From: Candidatus Bipolaricaulota bacterium
GTDB taxonomy: Bacteria; Bipolaricaulota; Bipolaricaulia; RBG-16-55-9
Direction of reading: 5' to 3'
Assembly: GCA_026982655.1 (NCBI GenBank)
Contig: JALSGO010000165.1
Span: forward strand, 35,032-99,031
Length of the DNA stretch: 64,000 nt
Part shown: positions 53,433 to 60,794 of the stretch, piece by piece
How the letters are laid out: every line of letters starts with the position of its first letter
Numbering within the stretch: the stretch's first letter is position 1
The notes under the pieces: model-generated
Seen by the model: only the letters and a program-made list of their open reading frames with translations
What the model was told of the DNA's origin: nothing
The model's database searches: none
Program-made: the position numbers and the translations under genes

Positions 53433-55317
53433 GGGTGGACTCCCTCCGTCCTTCCGCCTCTCGCTCCCGCCGTCGCTGCCGGGAGCGGCCCAAGTAGACC
53501 TCGATGACCCGGGGATCGTCCTTCACCTCGTCGGGTCGGCCCTCGACGAGCTTCTCGCCGTGGTGGAGCACCACCAAGCGATCGCAGTGGCGAACTAGGG
53601 TTTCCATATGGTGATCCACCAGGAGCACGGTGATTCCCAGCTCCCGAAGGCGGTGGAGGAGCGTCATGCACCGCTCGGCCTCCGCCGGACTCATGCCCGC
53701 GAAGGGCTCATCCAGCAGGAGCAGCTTCGGTTTCGCCCCTAGAGCGATCGCGATCTCCAGCACGCGCTGCTCTCCGTAGGGCAGGTCGGCCGCAGCCTTG
53801 TGACGGGAGCCCTGAAGCCCGGATAGACACAGGATGGCCTCTGTGCGCCCCTCGACATTCGCAGGGTGCAGATGGCATCCGATCCGCACGTTCTGTTCGA
53901 CGGTGAGCCGGGGGAACACTTTGGTGTTCTGGAAGGTGCGCACGATTCCCAAGCGGGCGCGCTCGTGGGGTGCCCGGCGGGTGATCTCCTGCCCCTGGAA
54001 GAGGACCCGGCCTGATGTAGGCCGCAAGAACCCTGTAATGATGTTGAAGAGGGTCGTCTTGCCCGCGCCGTTCGGGCCCACAAGGCCGACGATCTCCCCC
54101 GGGCGAACGTCGAAGCTAACCTCCGCCACGGCCCGGAAGCCCCCAAAGTCCTTTACGACTTGCTCCACCCGCAACAGGGCCGTCCCCTTCTCCGCCGGTG
54201 GATCCTGCGAGGAAGAGGACAAAAGAGCGTTCAGGTTGGGATCGGAACGGGAGGGGGTTAGCTCCGGTGTCGCTTCCCCCGGAGGAGCGTTCGGGACACC
54301 TGCCGGGCTCCTCTCGGGAGTGAGGAGCCCGGAGGCGACGGCGGGAGCAAGGCGGGTTCGCAAACGCCGGAGTCCCCCCACAAGGCCCTGCGGCAGGAAG
54401 GCGATCGTTAGGATGAGGAGCACGCCGAAAAGGATTTCCGAAAAGGCGGGGTGCACCTGCCGGGTCAGCTCGTTGAGGAGAGTGAGGAACGCGGGCCCTA
54501 AAATCGGCCCTAAGGTGGAACCCGCGCCTCCCACCAAGTTCATCACGAAGAGGTCAAACGACTCGCGAAAGGTGAAGCTCTCCGGGCTGATAAACGTCAC
54601 ATAGTGGGCGAACAACGAGCCCGTCATCCCCGCGATCCCCGCGCTCAGGGCGAACACCGCGACCTTGTAGCGATGGGTGGGGATTCCCACAGCTTGCGCA
54701 AGGTCCTCGTCCTCGCGGATGGCGATAAGGGCTTCTCCGAAGCGGGAGCGCACGAGCCGCTCCTTGGTCCACAGCACGAGGAGGGCGAGCGCCAGGACCA
54801 GATAGTAATACCCCAGCTTGTCGCGGAAGGGGTTGAACGTGTAGGCAAGCACCCCCGGGATCTCCACCGAGGCGAAGGGAATGCCGGGGATCCCGTGGGG
54901 ACCGCGGGTAAGGCCGCTCAGCACGTTCATCAAGATGGTGATCACGATCCCCGCGATGAAGGTGACGACCACGAAGTAGTGGCCGCGCAGCCGGAGGGCC
55001 GGGTACCCCAGCGCGAGGCCACACGCCCACGCGACCCCGCCCGCCAAGAGCAGCGCTCCTAGGAACGGAAAACCGGCTTTGACGAGCAGCGCGGAGGTAT
55101 AGGCCCCGATCCCCCAGAATCCCGCGTGCGCGAGAGAAAGCAGCCCCGTATACCCGATGAGAAGGTCCAAGCTGGCCACCAAGGCGACGTTCATGGCGAT
55201 GAGCACCAGCAAGTGGCGCTCCAGGGTCGTGGGGAAGATGTGGGGAAGGGCGAGCGCTCCTAAGAGACTCGCTCCTATGAGCACGATGCGCAGGCCCTTT
55301 GCGCTCCAGCGCCTCAC
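53419..55317 (-). CDS. fused ABC permease-ATPase (LivM-LivG)
   Basis: An N-terminal LivM-type permease with about 8 TM helices is followed by a Pro/Ser-rich linker of about 70 aa and a LivG-type ATPase (GPNGAGKTT, YGEQR). The start is trimmed to the GTG at 55317 (GTGA overlap with livH, GGAGGGGG SD). Confidence 0.75.
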   Translation of the reverse strand: MRRWSAKGLRIVLIGASLLGALALPHIFPTTLERHLLVLIAMNVALVASLDLLIGYTGLLSLAHAGFWGIGAYTSALLVKAGFPFLGALLLAGGVAWACGLALGYPALRLRGHYFVVVTFIAGIVITILMNVLSGLTRGPHGIPGIPFASVEIPGVLAYTFNPFRDKLGYYYLVLALALLVLWTKERLVRSRFGEALIAIREDEDLAQAVGIPTHRYKVAVFALSAGIAGMTGSLFAHYVTFISPESFTFRESFDLFVMNLVGGAGSTLGPILGPAFLTLLNELTRQVHPAFSEILFGVLLILTIAFLPQGLVGGLRRLRTRLAPAVASGLLTPERSPAGVPNAPPGEATPELTPSRSDPNLNALLSSSSQDPPAEKGTALLRVEQVVKDFGGFRAVAEVSFDVRPGEIVGLVGPNGAGKTTLFNIITGFLRPTSGRVLFQGQEITRRAPHERARLGIVRTFQNTKVFPRLTVEQNVRIGCHLHPANVEGRTEAILCLSGLQGSRHKAAADLPYGEQRVLEIAIALGAKPKLLLLDEPFAGMSPAEAERCMTLLHRLRELGITVLLVDHHMETLVRHCDRLVVLHHGEKLVEGRPDEVKDDPRVIEVYLGRSRQRRREREAEGRRESTHERM

Positions 55318-56192
55318 GCGGTTCGCCCCCCTCCGCCGAAGAGCCCCTGCGGGCGCACCAGCAGAATTGCGATCATGAGTCCGAAGGCAACGAGGTCGCT
55401 GTACTGGGCCGCGGTGAAGGCAGCCACCAGCGTCTCCGTAAGGCCGATGATGAGCGCGCCTACAAGGGCCCCCTTGATGCTGCCCATGCCGCCGAAGATC
55501 ACGATGGCGAACGACTTCAGGATGATGATCCCTCCGATGGTCGGGTTGAACGCCCGCGTCGGGGAGACCAGCGCGCCCGCGATCCCCGCAAGGGCTGCCG
55601 CCAAGGTGAAGGTGAGGAGGGCGACCTTGTGCATCTCCACCCCGACCAGCGCGGCGGCGTCGCGGTTTTGAGACATGGCCCGCAGGGCCTTCCCCATCTT
55701 CGTACGCTGAAGGAAGAGCCACACAGCCCCCAAGAGCAGCCCGGTCATCCCGATCGTAAAGACTTGATGGTAGGTGAGGACCGCACCCCCGAGGGCGAGC
55801 TTGGCGTGACCGAACGGCGAGGGGAGCAGCCGAAAATCGGCTCCGAACCTGAAGATCGCCGCATTCTCCAGGATGAGCAAGATCCCCAAGGCCGCGATGA
55901 ACGTCGTCGCCCCGCCTACCCGATGGAGCGGCCGGTAGACCAACAGATAGTTGAGCACCCCGATCGCGGCCATGCCCAGTCCTGCCAGTCCCAGGGAGAG
56001 GAAATAGGGCAATCCTAGAAGCTGAGAGGCGTAGAACGCAACGTAGGCTCCCAGCATGTAGAGGGCTCCCTGGGCAAAGTCGGCAATGTCCATCACCCCG
56101 AAGATCAGGGTGAGTCCCAGGGCTACGAGGGCGTAGACGCTGCTGTTGAACAGCCCCAGCAGTACGGCTTGCACGAGGATGTCAAGGTCCAT
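55314..56192 (-). CDS. livH: branched-chain-type ABC transporter permease
   Basis: A LivH-like permease with 8 TM helices is present. The start is trimmed to the ATG at 56192. Confidence 0.8.
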   Translation of the reverse strand: MDLDILVQAVLLGLFNSSVYALVALGLTLIFGVMDIADFAQGALYMLGAYVAFYASQLLGLPYFLSLGLAGLGMAAIGVLNYLLVYRPLHRVGGATTFIAALGILLILENAAIFRFGADFRLLPSPFGHAKLALGGAVLTYHQVFTIGMTGLLLGAVWLFLQRTKMGKALRAMSQNRDAAALVGVEMHKVALLTFTLAAALAGIAGALVSPTRAFNPTIGGIIILKSFAIVIFGGMGSIKGALVGALIIGLTETLVAAFTAAQYSDLVAFGLMIAILLVRPQGLFGGGGRTA

Positions 56193-56338
56193 GATCTCAA
56201 CCGTCCACTGTACTCCCGACGGCTCTTTTGCCCAACCCGGCTCTTGACAGATGTATGATGTCTGTGATACGATCACAAGCATAAACGATGACCGCCTCCC
56301 CCGCAAGAGGCAACTCAAGGAAAAAGGAGGTCTTCGGT

Positions 56339-57625
56339 ATGGCATCCAAGGAGAGGGGATCCTCCCAGGGAGGGATGAGTCGCCGGGGGTTCCTCAAGCT
56401 CGCAGGCGTCGGGCTGGTCGGGGTAAGCCTGGGGACGGGATGGAGCCGCACGGGATGGTCCCAACTGCCGGATACGATTCGTATCGGGGCGATGTTTCCG
56501 CTCAACCTTGCCGAGGGGGCCCAGGCCCAAGAGGGGGCGGAGCTGGCCGTCCGGCTCATCAACGAGGCCGGTGGCATAGCCGGGCAGACACAGATCGAGC
56601 TGGTGACCGTGGACGACAAGTGCAGCGGCTCGGAGGCCACCAAGGTGGCCAACGACCTCATTTCGCAGGGCGTGCAGTTCGTGATCGGGAACTTCTGCAG
56701 CGGGGCGGCGCTGGCCACGCAGCCGATCCTCGCCGCCGCCGGCATCCCCCAGATCCTCTGGGCGTTCGCCACGGACCTTACCGGAGCGTCCCGGGAGGAA
56801 AACAACGCCATCCTCTCCGTGCGGTTGGGCCCGCAGGCCAAGATCGAGATGGCCCCTCTGGCCAAGTACGCTGTCGTCGCAAACGGCCACAAGCGCTTCT
56901 TCGCCTTCGCGCAGGACACGGGCTTCGGCCGCTCTATGGTCGAGGCGTTCCGCCAGACGTTGGAGGGCTTGGGCGGCGAGTTCGTCGAGGAGCCGCAGTT
57001 CTTTCCCATCTTCCAGCTGGGGGCCATCGGGCCGCTGATCACCGCGGCCAAGGCCTCGGGCGCCGAGGCCGTCCTCGGCATCGGGCTTGCCCCCGAGGAG
57101 ATCGAGATGGTGACCCAATTCAACACCCAGGGGCTGCGCGAGGCAGGCATGACGTTCTACGGGACGGACTTGCTGAACGACACCGCCTTCCAAGAGGCCG
57201 TCCCCGACTCGGAGAAGGACGGGATCTACTTCCCCTGGGTCTACGACAACGGGGACTCCCCTCGGACCTTCGATCGAGCGGAGCCGGAGCCCGGCGCGCG
57301 GAGGATGGACGAGGCCTTCCGCACGCACTTCGGAAGGCCCGCCGTGCGCAACAACGGCTGGGGCTGGGGGAGCATCGAGCTGATCCGTCAGTCCATCGAG
57401 CAACTCGGGAGCGCGGTCCCCACAGCCGTCGCGGAATACTGGCTCCAAGGGGCAACCGAGGCGACCACGGGACCCACCTTTGAACTTCCCTTCGGGAACT
57501 ACGGATTCCTGATCTGTGGGCAGGCCAACATGCGCACCGGGGTAGGGACGTATCGTGAGGGGGTGCGCACCCTGGTAGCCGATCGAGACTTCGGGAACGA
57601 CGTGGTGATCGACCTGTGTTCCTAG
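56339..57625 (+). CDS. livK: ABC transporter periplasmic substrate-binding protein (Leu/Ile/Val-binding family) with Tat-like signal
   Basis: A perfect AAAAAGGAGG SD and an SRRGFLKLAGVG twin-arginine signal are present, with a type I periplasmic-binding-protein fold. Confidence 0.8.
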   Translation: MASKERGSSQGGMSRRGFLKLAGVGLVGVSLGTGWSRTGWSQLPDTIRIGAMFPLNLAEGAQAQEGAELAVRLINEAGGIAGQTQIELVTVDDKCSGSEATKVANDLISQGVQFVIGNFCSGAALATQPILAAAGIPQILWAFATDLTGASREENNAILSVRLGPQAKIEMAPLAKYAVVANGHKRFFAFAQDTGFGRSMVEAFRQTLEGLGGEFVEEPQFFPIFQLGAIGPLITAAKASGAEAVLGIGLAPEEIEMVTQFNTQGLREAGMTFYGTDLLNDTAFQEAVPDSEKDGIYFPWVYDNGDSPRTFDRAEPEPGARRMDEAFRTHFGRPAVRNNGWGWGSIELIRQSIEQLGSAVPTAVAEYWLQGATEATTGPTFELPFGNYGFLICGQANMRTGVGTYREGVRTLVADRDFGNDVVIDLCS

Positions 57626-57725
57626 CCCTGTCAAGGAGCGGGATTTCCTCTCTTTGCCCATCCCTTGATCGCCCGTTGAGAGGCGGATAGACGCACCTGG
57701 ACAGGGAGGCCTAGGGCCTACGGGG

Positions 57726-57769
57726 AACAAGAGGGGAGAAGTCTCCTTCTCCCCTCTTGTTCTTTGCTT
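57726..57769 (+). terminator. intrinsic terminator after livK
   Basis: AACAAGAGGGGAGAAG-tct-CCTTCTCCCCTCTTGTT is followed by CTTTGCTT. Confidence 0.65.
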
Positions 57770-57812
57770 CCTCCGGCCGGGTGGACGGAGCCCTCTTCCC
57801 TCGGCTTCCGAC

Positions 57813-57844
57813 ATTTTGTCGGTCTTTCGAAGATCTGTGATAAT
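57813..57844 (+). promoter_or_regulatory. putative promoter for the GntR gene with extended -10 (TTGTCG, 17 nt, TGTGATAAT)
   Basis: The hexamers lie about 30 nt upstream of the ATG at 57876. Confidence 0.35.
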
Positions 57845-57875
57845 AGTCTTACCAGAGCGAGGAGAGACGATCGGC

Positions 57876-58619
57876 ATGCGCGAGGAACGAACACCCTTCC
57901 GGCAGTTCACGGGCAAGAGCAAGAGAGACTACGTGATCGAGCAGATCCAAGGAGCCATTCTCGGGGGCATCTACCGCCCCGGAGATCGGCTCCCCTCGGA
58001 GGGGGAACTGGCCCGCCAGTTGGGGGTGAGCCGGACCACGATTCGGGAGGCCTTGAGCGCTCTGGAGCTCCTGGGGATTGTGGAGATCCTCCACGGCGAA
58101 GGGACCTACGTGCGCAAGGCGGTCCGTCTGCCCAAGGAGGAACCGGAGTTCTTGGAGCATCTCGAGGAGGGGAGTGGGTTTCGGGACGCACTGGAGGTGC
58201 GCAAGGCCCTGGATGAGCTGACGGCCTGCCTGGCGGTGGAGCGGGCCACCGACGAGGAACTCGATCACCTCCGTCGACTCGTGCGTCAGATGGAGGAAGC
58301 CGTCGCCCGGCGGGAGTACGAACGCTATCTCGATGCCAACATGAGGTTTCACCTGCTCTTGGCGGAGGCGGCCCGCAATGCGATCCTGGTGCGGCTGACG
58401 CACTACATGGTGCGGGTGATGGAGCTCCTCCAAGAGAAGAGGCTGGAGTACTATCTGCAGGATCCGTCCCGTGCTCAGGAGACCCTCGGGGCACATCAGC
58501 GTCTCCTGGCCGCCTTGGAGGCGAGGGACCGGGACGCGACGCGGGAAGCGATGCGCGCACACTACGACGTCGTCCTGGAGAAGCTCCGCTCCCTCGAGAG
58601 CGAGGGGGACGGAGATTAG
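57876..58619 (+). CDS. GntR-family transcriptional regulator (FadR/FCD subfamily)
   Basis: An N-terminal wHTH (LPSEGELARQLGVSRTTIREAL) and a C-terminal all-helical FCD domain are present. The start is trimmed to the ATG at 57876, which has a GAGGAG SD. Confidence 0.8.
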   Translation: MREERTPFRQFTGKSKRDYVIEQIQGAILGGIYRPGDRLPSEGELARQLGVSRTTIREALSALELLGIVEILHGEGTYVRKAVRLPKEEPEFLEHLEEGSGFRDALEVRKALDELTACLAVERATDEELDHLRRLVRQMEEAVARREYERYLDANMRFHLLLAEAARNAILVRLTHYMVRVMELLQEKRLEYYLQDPSRAQETLGAHQRLLAALEARDRDATREAMRAHYDVVLEKLRSLESEGDGD

Positions 58620-58620
58620 A

Positions 58621-59520
58621 TTAGATCTCGATCCGGTCCTCCACCGGGTTCTCGAGCCGCCCGTGCTCGTGGAAGTAGATCATCGTCGTCTGGATGGAGC
58701 GGTGCCGCGCCGCCGTCTGCGCTTCTAAGAGGGAGGCTCCGCCCTCGATGGCCAGCGTGACGAAGCTGTGCCGGAGGGAGTGGGGCGAGGTCCGGTCCGT
58801 CTTGACCCCGGCCCGCTTCATGTAGTGCGTCACCCGTCTGCGGATGTGGCGGGTGCTCAGACGCCCCTCTTCCGTGTGGGTGCCCACTTTGGTGAACAGG
58901 GGTGCCTCCGGCGGTACCTCCCCCCGACGGCTCAGGTACTCCAGCAGGGCGCGCTCGGTGGGCTCGGCCAGCACCACGAACTCGTCACGCTCATCTCGTC
59001 CCTTGCCCCAGATGTGCAGGATCTTGCGGCCCTGACGGGTGTCCAGGTCTCCCACGTTCGCCCGGTGGATCTCGATAATCCGCAGTCCGTTGCGCACCAT
59101 CAGGGTGATCATCGCATAATCCCGCAACCCCAGCTCCGTGCTCCGGTCGATCACCTCGAAGAGCCGGCGCAGCTCCGTGCGGGTGAGATCCCGCTTCAGG
59201 TGCCCCCGGGGTCGGCGCAGGCCCTTGATCCCCTCCACGGGGTTGCGCTCCGCCAGCCCCTCGGCCACGGCGAACTGGAAGAAGCGTCGGAGCGCGACCC
59301 AGTAGGTGAGCACGGTGTTGGCTGCCCGATGCGTCCGCAGCCACTCGCGGTAGGCCTTGAGCGTCTCCGGGGTGAGCGGGGGCGGCGGGGAGCCCTGCTC
59401 CCGCCACCAGCGGGTGAAGGTCTTGAGCGCCTCCCGGTACGTGCGGGCCGTGCTGGGGGAGACGTCGATCTGCTGCAGGAACCTCTCACAGGCCTCCGGC
59501 CACGACACCCACGACACCAT
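58621..59520 (-). CDS. tyrosine site-specific recombinase (XerC/XerD-like integrase)
   Basis: The catalytic R...HxxR...Y region is present (LRHSFVTLAIEGG...IQTTMIYFH). The start is trimmed to the ATG at 59520, which has a GGGGGAGGAGAGG SD. Confidence 0.8.
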   Translation of the reverse strand: MVSWVSWPEACERFLQQIDVSPSTARTYREALKTFTRWWREQGSPPPPLTPETLKAYREWLRTHRAANTVLTYWVALRRFFQFAVAEGLAERNPVEGIKGLRRPRGHLKRDLTRTELRRLFEVIDRSTELGLRDYAMITLMVRNGLRIIEIHRANVGDLDTRQGRKILHIWGKGRDERDEFVVLAEPTERALLEYLSRRGEVPPEAPLFTKVGTHTEEGRLSTRHIRRRVTHYMKRAGVKTDRTSPHSLRHSFVTLAIEGGASLLEAQTAARHRSIQTTMIYFHEHGRLENPVEDRIEI

Positions 59521-59727
59521 GGACGGGTCGCCTCTCCTCCCCCAGTCCTTTTGAGGAAGGATTGTACGAGAAACGAGGGATCTCGGCAAGCCGAGCAGGA
59601 AGGGGTGAACCCACGGGATGCCGGGGTGTGACCAACTTCACGCCTCCCGTTGACAGACCTCCTCCCCCCCGCGACGGGATGCCCGTTACAGTGAGGCACA
59701 GTCTATGCCCAAGGAGGAGGCAGATCT

Positions 59728-60666
59728 ATGAACAAGCAGCTACGACAGGTTCTTACGGCGATCTTCCTCACCGGCATGCTGCTCCTCCCGGTCCGCGCCG
59801 GGACGGCAGAGGATGTCGAACTCGCGAAGAAGGTGGAGGAGCTGGCGAGCAACGTCCAGGAACTGGAGGGGCTGGTCAAGGACCTCGCCTTCCAACTCCA
59901 ACAGACGCAGGCCATATCCTCTATCGTCAAGGAGGTCTCCTTCGAGCTCAAGAAGCTCGAGAGTAGCGTACGGGATCTCCAGATGATGGACGAGAAGGTC
60001 GAAGCCCTCCAACCCCGCCTCCTCACGCTCGAGGGGACGATTCAGGGCTTGGCCGCGAGCACCAACGAGAAGTTCAGCATGTTCCAAGGGCGGGTCTTCG
60101 ACCTAGAGACCTCCGTCCAGGGATTGGACGCCCGCCTCCAGACCGTCGAGGGCAAGATCCGTGAGCTCTTCGCCCTGGAGGACCGAGTCCAGGCGACGGA
60201 ACAGCGCCTCCGCGAGCTGGAGGCCCGGGTTGCTCAACTGGCCCAGATGCCGGGACGGGCCCCCCAGAAGAAGGACGGCAAGGAAGGCGAGCGCCTCCTC
60301 GCGGAGGTCCAGAGAAGGATCGATGCGCTCCGGATGGAACTGGCCGGTCAGCTCTATGACCTCTCGGCCGAGGTGGAGGCTCTCCGAGCCGGGCTGGCGG
60401 CGCTCCCGCTGGACGAGTTGCAGGGGCAAATCGAAGAGCTGGCCACCCAGATGGACCGAAACCGCAGTCGCATCACCTCCCTGGAAGTCGAGAAGGCCGA
60501 AGCCGAGGAGATCGACGCGCTGCGCGCCCGCATCGCTCAGATGGAGCAGCAGCTCCAGGAACGGATCGAGGAGGCCCAAGCGAAGGCTCAGACGAACATG
60601 ATCCTCGCCGGTCTAGGCATCGCCGTGGGGCTTACGGCCCTGGCCAGCATCTTTGGCGTCTTCTGA
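59728..60666 (+). CDS. membrane-anchored coiled-coil protein (paralogue of 45082..46509)
   Basis: A signal peptide and a C-terminal TM (MILAGLGIAVGLTALASIFGVF) flank Glu/Leu/Gln-rich heptad repeats. Confidence 0.65.
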   Translation: MNKQLRQVLTAIFLTGMLLLPVRAGTAEDVELAKKVEELASNVQELEGLVKDLAFQLQQTQAISSIVKEVSFELKKLESSVRDLQMMDEKVEALQPRLLTLEGTIQGLAASTNEKFSMFQGRVFDLETSVQGLDARLQTVEGKIRELFALEDRVQATEQRLRELEARVAQLAQMPGRAPQKKDGKEGERLLAEVQRRIDALRMELAGQLYDLSAEVEALRAGLAALPLDELQGQIEELATQMDRNRSRITSLEVEKAEAEEIDALRARIAQMEQQLQERIEEAQAKAQTNMILAGLGIAVGLTALASIFGVF

Positions 60667-60730
60667 TGGGTGTAGAGAGGCACCCGCGAGGATAGATAAG
60701 AGGCTTCCTCCAAGGAACCACCCGAGACAA

Positions 60731-60768
60731 CCCTCCCGGTTGGCCTCCTCGCCGGGAGGGTTTTCTAT
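60731..60768 (+). terminator. intrinsic terminator
   Basis: CCCTCCCGG-ttggcctcctcg-CCGGGAGGG is followed by TTTTCT. Confidence 0.65.
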
Positions 60769-60794
60769 ATGTGGAGTTTCGGCCCACTGTAGAC

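Noticed and set aside
58621-59589. An integrase-marked prophage or genomic island
   Set aside because: There are no phage or transposase genes and no att or tRNA-fragment duplication within the window. It was kept as a lone Xer-like recombinase finding instead.
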